From an uncultured Rhodopirellula sp. (GTDB taxonomy: Bacteria > Planctomycetota > Planctomycetia > Pirellulales > Pirellulaceae), in contig CAXGAI010000015.1 in the NCBI GenBank assembly GCA_964007735.1, positions 62,001-100,132 of the forward strand: a stretch of 38,132 bases of DNA, written 5' to 3'. A model generated the notes under the pieces. That model had not been told where the DNA came from, made no database searches, and worked only from the letters and a program-made list of their open reading frames with translations. The translations under genes and the position numbers were made by a program. Below, piece by piece: positions 8,601-17,833 of this stretch (positions are counted from its first letter, which is position 1; the number at the start of each line of letters is the position of its first letter).

Positions 8601-8642
8601 GGCCAATTCTCGGCTACGATTAAATGTGATTTGTCCTGACCC

Positions 8643-8651
8643 TGATATAAT
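8643..8651 (+). promoter_or_regulatory. Consensus extended -10 sigma70 promoter (TGaTATAAT)
   Basis: Exact TGnTATAAT about 50 nt upstream of the GTG at 8700, at the head of a co-directional five-gene run. Confidence 0.65.
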
Positions 8652-8699
8652 AGTCTAACAGGGTGAAATCGAAGTTTTTGGATATGTGGCAGACAACAG

Positions 8700-9515
8700 G
8701 TGGTAGAAGAATACAGAGAAGAGTATTGGAAACAGGCCTTAGAACAATTGAGGGCGGGGCGTGGTAGAGACTGTCGCGCGATCGGTGAATTGCCGGCCAG
8801 TGTGTCACCGGTGAATATGTCGGAAGCAATGCATCTTCAGGATGCATTGAATCAGCGGTTGGTAGCCGATGGCTTTGGCAACATCGTTGGTACCAAAATA
8901 GGGTGTACGACCCGAATCATGCAGGAATACCTTGGAATGGAGCATCCCTGTACGGGAGCAATTTTTGACTCGAGTTTGTTTTCCGAAATAGGGGTTTATG
9001 AATTCAATTCGTTTTTGCATGTAGGAGTGGAGTGTGAGATTGCCGTCACGCTAGGGGAGTCAATTCCTGTTTCCTCCGAAGGCTATTCCCTGGAGTCGGT
9101 CAGCCCTGCGGTGGCTTCAGTACACGCCGCTATCGAAGTTGTCGACGACAGATATCATGACTTTGAGAATCGAATCCCGGACTGCTATACGTGGGTGGCA
9201 GATGACTTTTTTGCTGCGGGCGCGGTTTTAGGTAAGCCGGTAACCGATTGGACCAAGCTTGATTTACCCTCATTGAGGGGAAACATGTTGATCGATGGCG
9301 AAGAGGTGGGAGACGGTTTTGGACGAGATATTATCAATGGACATCCCCTTGAGGCCCTGGTTTGGCTCGCTAATGAACAGTCTCGAAGGGGGCATGAAAT
9401 ACCCGCCGGATGGGTTGTCATGCTAGGTAGTGTTGTACAGACGAAATGGCTACAGTCAGGGCAAAAGGTCGAGGTTGAAATTGAAGGGCTGGGGAAGGCC
9501 GTTGCCCAGTTCTAG
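8700..9515 (+). CDS. Fumarylacetoacetate-hydrolase family, 2-keto-4-pentenoate hydratase (MhpD)-like
   Basis: GTKIGCTT..MQ..LG..HP, VECEIA, AIEVVDDR, VAD, GHPL.AL.WLAN, G.VVMLGS. Confidence 0.85.
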   Translation: MVEEYREEYWKQALEQLRAGRGRDCRAIGELPASVSPVNMSEAMHLQDALNQRLVADGFGNIVGTKIGCTTRIMQEYLGMEHPCTGAIFDSSLFSEIGVYEFNSFLHVGVECEIAVTLGESIPVSSEGYSLESVSPAVASVHAAIEVVDDRYHDFENRIPDCYTWVADDFFAAGAVLGKPVTDWTKLDLPSLRGNMLIDGEEVGDGFGRDIINGHPLEALVWLANEQSRRGHEIPAGWVVMLGSVVQTKWLQSGQKVEVEIEGLGKAVAQF

Positions 9516-9595
9516 ATCGAGCTTTGGTGCTGTTAGGTGCGCTGGTAGAATCGGTCTGGCAGCTTGAAATAAACTTTTTACGAAAAGAGCATTCT

Positions 9596-11083
9596 TTGAA
9601 CTATTACTGGAAAACGATGTTGTCAGTTTTGGCCTTGCTGTGTCTGTCGTCCATCGGACTCGCCGCTGAAAAACCTAATATTATCTTCATCTTTGTTGAT
9701 GATTTGGGTTGGAAAGATATTGGGTGCTATGGCAACTCGTTTGTAGAAACTCCGCACATCGATGGCCTGGCTAGTGAAGGAATGAGGTTTACTGACTTTT
9801 ATGCCGCGGGAGCGGTGTGCTCGCCAACGAGGTGCGCGGTACAGTCCGGTCAAAATCAGGCCAGGATTGGTATCACGGCTCATATTCCCGGACATTGGCG
9901 TCCCTTCGAAAGGGTACGTACGCCCCAAACTGCTATGGCGTTACCGTTGGACACGGTCACGGTCTCCGAATCTTTAAAGAAAGCCGGTTATAAGACAGGT
10001 TACGTCGGCAAGTGGCACCTTGGGAATGGATCGCAATACGCACCGAATAAGCAAGGGTACGATTTTGCTGTGGAGATCGGCGGTCCACAGCGCCCGGGTT
10101 CGTTTCGGACTATAGGAAATCCGGGTGCGGAACCGAAAGATGGTCAGTTTAGGACGGAATTCGAAGGAGAACTCTGCCGACAATTTATTCGTGAGAATAG
10201 AGAGTCACCGTTTTTTCTCATGCTCTCGCCATTCCATGTACATATCCCACTCTCGAGTCGCTCTGACTTAGTTGGTAAATACCAACGTAAGGCAAGGCAG
10301 CTTGGCGTGCCTCTTCCCAATCCGATCTATGCGGCAATGATTGAGGAAGTCGATAATCTGGTCGGCGCGGTGATCGATGAAGTTGAAAGACAAGAATTAA
10401 CGGATAACACGATGATTGTCTTTACGTCAGATAACGGGGGCCTTTATCGTCGTTACGATTACCGCGAGCATGCCGATGACAATGTAGCAACTCAGGCACC
10501 CTTACGAGGTGAAAAAGGAACTTTATATGAGGGTGGCATTCGTGTACCACTAATTGTCAAATTTCCAGGTGTGGTAAAACCGGGGCAGGAAGTATCCCAG
10601 CTTTCTATTTCCTATGACTTTTATCCGACATTTGTCAGCCTGGCGTCGGGCGTTTTACCCGTGAACCAGACGATAGATGGTATTGATATGAGTCCGTTGC
10701 TCGATGGGACAGTTGAGAGCATTGAAAGGCGGTCTCTGTTTTGGCACTTCCCTCACTATCATCATGATCGGCCAGCTAGTGCAATCCGGGCTGGAGACTG
10801 GAAATTAATCCAATATCTGGATGGTACCGGGGACCTGGAGCTCTACAATTTAAAAGACGATCTTGGGGAAGAGAAAAACCTAAGTGCGACGCATCCGGGA
10901 CGTAGGAACGACTTAATGTCGAAATTGAAGGCATGGCAAACTGATACTATTGCTCGCTTGCCCATTCCCAATCCCTCCTATGACCCAGCCAGAGCTCACG
11001 AATGGTGGAGTCGTCGTAGCGGCAAGCCTGTCGAAAGTGACCTTAGAAAACGTTTTCCTCCGACTGAATTAAAGCTAAAGTAG
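9596..11083 (+). CDS. Formylglycine-dependent (Cys-type) S1 sulfatase, secreted
   Basis: KPNIIFIFVDDLGW, CSPTR (CxPxR), GYKTGYVGKWHLG, FTSDNGG, GEKGTLYEGGIRVP. Start is TTG 9596 or ATG 9617; either gives a signal peptide. Confidence 0.93.
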   Translation: MNYYWKTMLSVLALLCLSSIGLAAEKPNIIFIFVDDLGWKDIGCYGNSFVETPHIDGLASEGMRFTDFYAAGAVCSPTRCAVQSGQNQARIGITAHIPGHWRPFERVRTPQTAMALPLDTVTVSESLKKAGYKTGYVGKWHLGNGSQYAPNKQGYDFAVEIGGPQRPGSFRTIGNPGAEPKDGQFRTEFEGELCRQFIRENRESPFFLMLSPFHVHIPLSSRSDLVGKYQRKARQLGVPLPNPIYAAMIEEVDNLVGAVIDEVERQELTDNTMIVFTSDNGGLYRRYDYREHADDNVATQAPLRGEKGTLYEGGIRVPLIVKFPGVVKPGQEVSQLSISYDFYPTFVSLASGVLPVNQTIDGIDMSPLLDGTVESIERRSLFWHFPHYHHDRPASAIRAGDWKLIQYLDGTGDLELYNLKDDLGEEKNLSATHPGRRNDLMSKLKAWQTDTIARLPIPNPSYDPARAHEWWSRRSGKPVESDLRKRFPPTELKLK

Positions 11084-11087
11084 CGAA

Positions 11088-14000
11088 ATGAGCAGAATTT
11101 CCAATTTCGCAGGATTCGTGTTTCCGTTGAGCGTAGGCTTCATTCTGATTGCGCTTTTCAATGACTACGCTGTGGGATTCGAGGAAACGCCACAGACACA
11201 AAAGGAAGAGCATTTCAAAAACAAGGTGCTGCCACTGCTCAAAGCCAGATGTTATAGCTGCCATAGCCACGACAGTGGCAAAGCAAAGGGTGGATTAGTT
11301 CTCGATTCTAAGCAGGGCTGGCAAAAAGGCGGTGGCCTTGGAACAGCAATCGTCCCAGGAGTACCGGATGAAAGTTTGTTGATTCAGGCTGTTCGTTATG
11401 ATGGGCTCGAAATGCCGCCGGGCGAGAAGCTAAATGCAAACGAAATCAGGACTTTGGAACTGTGGGTGAAGGATGGAGCGTTTGATAATCGAAAATCCAA
11501 AGAAATACCGATTGGGAAAGGTGCGTTATGGGCATTAGCTCCGATTGTCCGTCCTGAGACTCCAGCCGTACAAAATCGGTCGTGGGTATTGGATCCGATC
11601 GATCAGTTTATTCTGTCTCGTCTGGAGGCCAAGGGCCTTAAACCGGCAGGGCCTGCAGACAGATATTCCCTGCTACGACGAGTCACGTTTGACCTTATTG
11701 GCTTGCCGCCGACACCTGAGGAAATTGATGCATTCATAACGGACGAATCTGAGGATGCTTACGCAAAGGTTGTCGACCGATTACTGGAATCCCCGGCTTT
11801 TGGTGAGCGATGGGCCAGACACTGGTTTGATTTATCCTGTTATGCCGATGTTCAACGTAACACCCTTATCGGCGAAGCCTGGCGGTACCGGGATTACGTG
11901 ATTAACGCCTTTAATTCCGATCGGCCTTTTGATCGATTCATTCATGAACAGATTGCAGGAGATTTGTTGCCGGCTTCGTCAGTTCGGGAACGTCGTGAAT
12001 TAATGGTGGCGACCGGATACCTTTCCATTGGTCCCTGGGTGATCGAAAATTATATAAAGCCACAGTTAGTTGCTGACATTGTGGATCACCAGATAGATCG
12101 TATCGGCCGTACTTTCTTAGGCCAGACAGTATCCTGCGCTCGCTGTCATGATCATAAGTTCGATCCAATACCCACTCGCGACTACTATGCGATGGCCGGA
12201 ATTTTCCATAGTTCATTAACGACAGAGCATACTGGCCCCGGTGTTTGGAGTTCGATCGTCGAACACGAGCTCCCGGTGTTGCCCGCGGATTCCCAGACCT
12301 TGGCAAAAGCACGTATCCGCAAGGAAGCACTATTAGCAGAGTTGCGGCAGGCAGAGCTTGAATTGTTAGACTGGCATCGTGAGTTTCCGTTAGCCTCCAA
12401 TGCGAATGTTTCGATTTCCGATCCCGTAGTTGCCAATGAAGGGGGACGGGAATATGTATTGTCTTTTGACTCTGCATCGACGGTTTGGGCTGGAGCTAGC
12501 CAGGCAACTAAGGCAGGCGATGCTTTACTGGTCGAATTGATTGATCCACAAGGCAAGTTAATCAAAAGGACGTCAGTATTGCAGCGCGGATGGCCTGGTA
12601 GTAAGGAACTGCCACAACTGCAGAACCACGTCGTGAAATATACGGGAACTGGCACGGGCAGGATTCAAATCCGGATCACTAGCGCTCAGCCGGGCAATGG
12701 TCGCTTCGCTGGTTTGATAGATAACCTAGCTATCGTTTCCGGAGATTCTACTCTCTTCGCGGAAACCTTCGATGATTTTGCGATGCCGCCAATAAGCGGC
12801 AAACAGGCACATACGCAGGCGAAACTATTTGCTCAAGTAGCGTATCCAGGCTGGAGTGGTCTGGGAATCAACCATTCGCATGTTGCAGAATTGGAACCTG
12901 ACAATTATGCGTTACAGATATTTAGCGGTAATATGTCTGATTTCAAGAAGCTCGCTACAACGGCGACCGGGGAAGGAAAACGTCTCCAGGATGCTGTCGA
13001 TAACGAAACTCGAGTAAATCGTTTTAACGCAGAATTGGCAAAGCTAAGTGATTCTAACGAACCTGAATTTGCGATGTCTCTGACGGACATTGCGAAACCG
13101 AGTGACGTGCCAATATATCGACGGGGTGATTTTAACCTGCCGGGCGAAGTTGTACCACGTGGTGTTCTTAGCCTTACCAATCTCCAAAACGACTCGAGTG
13201 TCCCCGTTGATCAAAGTGGTCGTTTGCAATTAGCGCGATGGTTAACCGGAGCGGATAATACCCTGACGACTCGGGTTTTGGTAAATCGAGTATGGCATCA
13301 TCTGTTTGGAAAGGGGATCGTTGCGAGCGTTGACTACTTCGGTGTCCATGGCGACCGTCCGTCGCACCCTAATCTGTTAGATCATCTTGCCTCGAGATTT
13401 AGAGTTGATAATCAATGGTCACTGAAACAACTGATCCGCCAAATTGTCTTGACTCAAACCTATCGGATGTCGTCTGTTGGTGACGTCGAGAAGGACAAAA
13501 TTGATCCGGAAAATGAACTGTTATGGCGTATGAATCGCCGCAGGTTAACGGCCGAGGCGATGCGTGACGCGATGTTGCAAATAAGTGGAGAACTGGATTC
13601 CGGCAATGGTGGTAGCCCGTTGGGATTAGAGTTGGAGGGCAATATCCGCGGGGCCGGAGGCAATGTGAACCCACCAACCTGGGGAGGGAAAGTGCCTGAA
13701 TACGTGAAGCTCCAACGTACAGTTTACCAGCCGTTAAAGAGGCATCCACCGGCAGGTGAACTGGAGATTCTTTCAGTATTCAATTTCCCCCACCCCAATG
13801 ATATCACCGGAGCGCGTGCGCAAACGACAGTAGCCACTCAGGCCCTGTTCCTCATGAACGCCCCCTTTGTTAAGGAGCGTGCACGACAGTTGAATCAGCG
13901 TATCCATGAATTGGAGTTGCAATCCGAGGTAGCGAAGTTAGACTTCGCCTACTTGCTGGTTGTCGGTCGCCCTCCCTCGATGAGCGAGATGAGGGTAGCT

Positions 14001-14129
14001 CAGCGGTTCATAGACAGTCTGTCTGAATCGGATGTGATGCAAGTCGGAAACCCGGCACGCAGAAAAGATGCCTGGGAACAATTGTGCCATGGTCTGCTAA
14101 TATCCAATAGCTTCTTATTTAAAGAATAG
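11088..14129 (+). CDS. Planctomycete cytochrome c + DUF1549 + DUF1553 protein (di-haem)
   Basis: CYSCH in the N-terminal cytochrome domain; PIDQFIL, LLRRVTFDLIGLPPT, GERWARHW, CARCHDHKFDPI (DUF1549); GRLQLARWL, NRVWHHLFG.G, PSHP.LLD.LA, QALFLMN (DUF1553). Confidence 0.93.
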   Translation: MSRISNFAGFVFPLSVGFILIALFNDYAVGFEETPQTQKEEHFKNKVLPLLKARCYSCHSHDSGKAKGGLVLDSKQGWQKGGGLGTAIVPGVPDESLLIQAVRYDGLEMPPGEKLNANEIRTLELWVKDGAFDNRKSKEIPIGKGALWALAPIVRPETPAVQNRSWVLDPIDQFILSRLEAKGLKPAGPADRYSLLRRVTFDLIGLPPTPEEIDAFITDESEDAYAKVVDRLLESPAFGERWARHWFDLSCYADVQRNTLIGEAWRYRDYVINAFNSDRPFDRFIHEQIAGDLLPASSVRERRELMVATGYLSIGPWVIENYIKPQLVADIVDHQIDRIGRTFLGQTVSCARCHDHKFDPIPTRDYYAMAGIFHSSLTTEHTGPGVWSSIVEHELPVLPADSQTLAKARIRKEALLAELRQAELELLDWHREFPLASNANVSISDPVVANEGGREYVLSFDSASTVWAGASQATKAGDALLVELIDPQGKLIKRTSVLQRGWPGSKELPQLQNHVVKYTGTGTGRIQIRITSAQPGNGRFAGLIDNLAIVSGDSTLFAETFDDFAMPPISGKQAHTQAKLFAQVAYPGWSGLGINHSHVAELEPDNYALQIFSGNMSDFKKLATTATGEGKRLQDAVDNETRVNRFNAELAKLSDSNEPEFAMSLTDIAKPSDVPIYRRGDFNLPGEVVPRGVLSLTNLQNDSSVPVDQSGRLQLARWLTGADNTLTTRVLVNRVWHHLFGKGIVASVDYFGVHGDRPSHPNLLDHLASRFRVDNQWSLKQLIRQIVLTQTYRMSSVGDVEKDKIDPENELLWRMNRRRLTAEAMRDAMLQISGELDSGNGGSPLGLELEGNIRGAGGNVNPPTWGGKVPEYVKLQRTVYQPLKRHPPAGELEILSVFNFPHPNDITGARAQTTVATQALFLMNAPFVKERARQLNQRIHELELQSEVAKLDFAYLLVVGRPPSMSEMRVAQRFIDSLSESDVMQVGNPARRKDAWEQLCHGLLISNSFLFKE

Positions 14130-14143
14130 TGAGTCGAAGACTA

Positions 14144-15550
14144 ATGATGATAACGCAAAGGAATCGCCGGACGTTCTTGCAACAATCTGCCTGTGGCTTC
14201 GGATCGTTAGCACTGTCGCAACTATTGGCTGAATCCGAGGCATGGGGGAAGGACTCGGGGAAGGCAAATGTTCTCGCTGATAAGCCAGGACATTTCAGAC
14301 CAACTGCACGTCGAATAATTTTTCTGTATATGAAAGGCGGGCCAAGTCAAATGGACCTATTTGACTATAAGCCTGCTTTAGAAAGAGGGCACGAGCAGGA
14401 ACTTCCGTATCAACTTCCTTCCCAGGAATCGACAGTTGGACTCGATGACACAAAATTAATGGGCCCGATCAGCCGTTTCTCCCGTCAGGGCGATAGCGGG
14501 TTATTGATGTCCGATTGGTTGCCAGAGCTCGGGAAACATGCAGACAAGTTGTGTGTATTAAAAGCCATGCAGGCCGATAGTCCTAACCACGGAGTTGCTG
14601 AGCGGCAACTCCATACAGGAAACCTGTTTGATGTGACACCATCGATGGGCGCTTGGATTTCCTATGGATTAGGGACAGAGAACCAACAGTTGCCGTCTTA
14701 TATTACGATTCTCCCCGGGGAAGGCGAAAGGAACTATAGCAGTGCATTCCTACCTGCGATCCATCAGGGGACGGCGATTCAGGAGGTTGGGACGACGCCC
14801 GGCAGAGCGCCCATCCGTCATCTTCGGGACGAATCCTTAGCAGAAGATATACAACGTAAACGAGTCGATCTGATTAAGGCGTTAAATCGTGAACAACTTG
14901 CCCGGCTAGAATCTGATCAGCAAATGGAAGGTGTCATCGAATCGTTTGAACTTGCATTTCGAATGCAGACTGAGACACCGAAATTGGTGGATTTTTCGAA
15001 TGAAACCGAAGGCACAAAGAACCTCTATGGGATTGATCAGGCGGATACCAATCAATTTGGAAGACAGTGTTTACTGGCGAGGCGGTTTGCTGAAGCGGGT
15101 GTTCGGTTTGTTCAGGTCACACTGGATGGTTGGGACCATCATAACAAGATCAGACAGGGGCTTCCCAAAATGGCACGACAGTGTGACAAACCAGTGTCAG
15201 GCCTGCTAACCGATCTAAAACAGCGAGGTCTCTTGGAGGATACGCTAGTCCTGTGGGGCGGAGAGTTTGGTCGAACTCCCCATGCGCAATTCGGCGATGG
15301 CCGGGAACACAATCCCCATGGATTTACTATGTGGATGGCCGGAGGTGGAGTCAAAGGTGGAATAACGCACGGTAAAACGGATGACTTTGGCTATCACGCT
15401 GTAGCAGGTGGCGTCCATATCAATGATTTACATGCCACTCTGCTCCACCTATTGGGAGTTGATCATGAGCGATTAACCTTTGAGCATCACGGCCGTCCAT
15501 TTCGCCTGACCGACGTTGCCGGTAACGTCGTGTCAGATATTCTCGTATAG
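14144..15550 (+). CDS. DUF1501 family protein, DUF1553-partner subtype, Tat signal
   Basis: NRRTFLQ, GGPSQMDLFDYKP, PSMGAWISYGLGTEN, SFELAFRMQ, WDHH, WGGEFGRTP, GREH. Start ATG 14144 (alternative GTG 14129 overlapping the upstream stop). Confidence 0.93.
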   Translation: MMITQRNRRTFLQQSACGFGSLALSQLLAESEAWGKDSGKANVLADKPGHFRPTARRIIFLYMKGGPSQMDLFDYKPALERGHEQELPYQLPSQESTVGLDDTKLMGPISRFSRQGDSGLLMSDWLPELGKHADKLCVLKAMQADSPNHGVAERQLHTGNLFDVTPSMGAWISYGLGTENQQLPSYITILPGEGERNYSSAFLPAIHQGTAIQEVGTTPGRAPIRHLRDESLAEDIQRKRVDLIKALNREQLARLESDQQMEGVIESFELAFRMQTETPKLVDFSNETEGTKNLYGIDQADTNQFGRQCLLARRFAEAGVRFVQVTLDGWDHHNKIRQGLPKMARQCDKPVSGLLTDLKQRGLLEDTLVLWGGEFGRTPHAQFGDGREHNPHGFTMWMAGGGVKGGITHGKTDDFGYHAVAGGVHINDLHATLLHLLGVDHERLTFEHHGRPFRLTDVAGNVVSDILV

Positions 15551-15587
15551 CAAGTCCACGATGGTCGGGAGGATTGAATAAACACAG

Positions 15588-16616
15588 ATGTATAGAATCG
15601 CCCTAACCGCCGACTTTTATGACCAACAGGGTAATCCGCATTATCATGATTTTGGCCTGTCTGTCTTGCGCGGTGCGAACTCGGTAGAGATAGCAGCGTT
15701 CGAATCACATTTGCCGGTAATAGGTTCTGAACAGTTGGACGGAGTGCATGGCGCGTTGGTATTGTCACCGAAGATAACGGCAAAATCATTAGCTCGCGCA
15801 CATGATTTGCTGGTCATTAGTCGTTTTGGCGTTGGCTACGATTCTGTGGATATTGAAGCGTGTTCGGAAAAGGATGTATTAGTTACGATCAGTAAGGGCG
15901 CGGTGAACCGTTCGGTGGCAGAAGCAACCATAGCCTGGATGCTGTCTCTTAACCATAACGTTTTTCAGAAGGATCAGTTAGTTCGGCGAGGCCTTTGGGA
16001 AGAGCGGAGTTCTCTGATGGGTTCTGAACTTCGTCAAAAGACATTAGGCGTAATTGGCCTGGGCGGCATAGGACTTGAATTGGTGGGATTATTAAAGGCC
16101 TTCGGGATGAACCAGCCGATGGCGTTCGATCCCTATGCACCAGATAGGTCATTCGAGTCCGTCGGTGCTCGTAATGTTGGTCTTGAACAACTGTTAAGCG
16201 AATCTGATTTTGTGTCTTTGCATTGCCCACTCACCCAGCAAACTAATAATCTGATTGGACAAGTTGAACTTGGGCTTATGAAACCTACGGCCTATTTACT
16301 GAATCTGGCGCGGGGCGGTGTTGTTGACGAGGATGCGTTGTATACAGCATTACGAAATAGATCGATCGCTGGGGCTGCAGTCGATTGTTTTGAAAAAGAA
16401 CCAGTAAATACGCCACATCGGTTTGGCCAACTTGATAACGTAATATTAGCTCCACATAGTATTGCCTGGACGAATGAGTTGTTCTCAGACATAGGCCGCG
16501 TAGCCTGTACCAGCATTCTCGATGTGCTGACCGGTAAGATACCTCATGGAGTTGTTAACCCCGAGATAACTGAAAAACAGTCTTTTCAGGATAAGTGGCG
16601 TCGCGTTATTGGTTAA
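15588..16616 (+). CDS. D-isomer-specific 2-hydroxyacid dehydrogenase (phosphoglycerate dehydrogenase-like)
   Basis: RFGVGYD.VD, GLGGIG, DFVSLHCPLT, NLARG, D.FEKEP, LAPH (Arg/Glu/His catalytic set). Confidence 0.9.
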   Translation: MYRIALTADFYDQQGNPHYHDFGLSVLRGANSVEIAAFESHLPVIGSEQLDGVHGALVLSPKITAKSLARAHDLLVISRFGVGYDSVDIEACSEKDVLVTISKGAVNRSVAEATIAWMLSLNHNVFQKDQLVRRGLWEERSSLMGSELRQKTLGVIGLGGIGLELVGLLKAFGMNQPMAFDPYAPDRSFESVGARNVGLEQLLSESDFVSLHCPLTQQTNNLIGQVELGLMKPTAYLLNLARGGVVDEDALYTALRNRSIAGAAVDCFEKEPVNTPHRFGQLDNVILAPHSIAWTNELFSDIGRVACTSILDVLTGKIPHGVVNPEITEKQSFQDKWRRVIG

Positions 16617-16750
16617 AGAGGTTCCGTTTGTCATGTAAATGCCACATGCCCGTGTTTTTGTGGCGATACTGAGGACAGTCTAAATCGCAGGTACCATGTC
16701 TAATAAACGAAGCGGCATGCGTAAGAATAAGGGTTGTAGATCAAGCGTTC

Positions 16751-17833
16751 ATGGACACATTTCAAAATCTAATCGGCGAACACACGGCATTGGCGATCGA
16801 TGAGATGAGCCTCACACGAGGGATCGTAGATGTGTGGTACGCCAACGACATTGTTGATAGAGAACAACATCGTAGTTTGATACGCCAGATATATCCCCGA
16901 GAAGTCCGTAATCGGTTGCTTTTGCGAGCATGGCAGGGGTTAATCATCCTGTTTTTTCTGGCGGGAATTGCCGCGGTCGTCGCGGCGAACTGGAACAATG
17001 TTGGTGAACTAGCCAGAATCGGTGGGGTCGTAGTTCTGTATGTCGGGCTCGTTGTCACAAGCTTGCGCCAAGGTCTGGAAAAACTTTCCGGTAAGCTTTT
17101 AGCAACCTGTGCAAGTTTTGTATCAGGTATGTTAATTGTCGTTGTAACTCAGGAATATCAATTAAACGTCGGTGAATTAAGTTTCTACGGCGTCTGGTGT
17201 TGTTTCGTGTTCCCGATTGCATTGGTCTCCGAATTTTTGCCTTTATGGATGGGCTGGGTGGCCCTACTACACATAACTGTGGTGACAATGTTGGTGGAGT
17301 TGTTAGAAGATCAGCTGAATATGCGTTATGTAATGGAGGCAGTTTACTTCACGTTTGTTGGTCTGGGACTGGGCTTCCTCGGTTTCCGAAAGTTCTTAAT
17401 TCATCACTATCAATCGGATGTTGCCTGGCTAACGCCGCGATGGCCCAGATTCGTCTTATACGTTTCGATTCATTGGTTCAGCTCACTCTTATACATGGGA
17501 TATTTTTGGGAATTCGTATCAGGACAGTTTCGGCTGTATTCGTTCGGCTTACTAATAGCAATCGTCGTGGGTTTGATAGGAACGCATTTACATTTGAGAC
17601 GTGGCGGCAGTCGAGAGATTTGGCTTATATCTCTATCGGTATTGACTGCAGCCATCCTGGCTGTGGTCTCGACCGGAATGGTATTCTGGGAATACGCAAT
17701 TCCGTCTGCCGGAACGTTGTTCATTTTGGGAATCATCGCGTTCGTGATTTTTGTAGCCGCGACGATTTACGTTCGCAATTTTAGGACAGTCACGGGAACG
17801 TCCTCTAATGCAAGTGAGGGTGTTTATGAATGA
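16751..17833 (+). CDS. DUF2157 family multi-pass membrane protein
   Basis: LAGIAAVVAANW motif, Q.YQL segment and roughly 9-10 hydrophobic helices; first gene of the recognisable three-gene set. Confidence 0.75.
   Translation: MDTFQNLIGEHTALAIDEMSLTRGIVDVWYANDIVDREQHRSLIRQIYPREVRNRLLLRAWQGLIILFFLAGIAAVVAANWNNVGELARIGGVVVLYVGLVVTSLRQGLEKLSGKLLATCASFVSGMLIVVVTQEYQLNVGELSFYGVWCCFVFPIALVSEFLPLWMGWVALLHITVVTMLVELLEDQLNMRYVMEAVYFTFVGLGLGFLGFRKFLIHHYQSDVAWLTPRWPRFVLYVSIHWFSSLLYMGYFWEFVSGQFRLYSFGLLIAIVVGLIGTHLHLRRGGSREIWLISLSVLTAAILAVVSTGMVFWEYAIPSAGTLFILGIIAFVIFVAATIYVRNFRTVTGTSSNASEGVYE

Noticed and set aside
17197..17784. 195-aa alternative-frame ORF inside the DUF2157 gene, and other nested ORFs such as 11938-12477, 12185-12655, 6984-7457 and 4970-5428
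   Set aside because: Nested in or largely overlapping well-supported genes with no motifs of their own; typical shadow ORFs.
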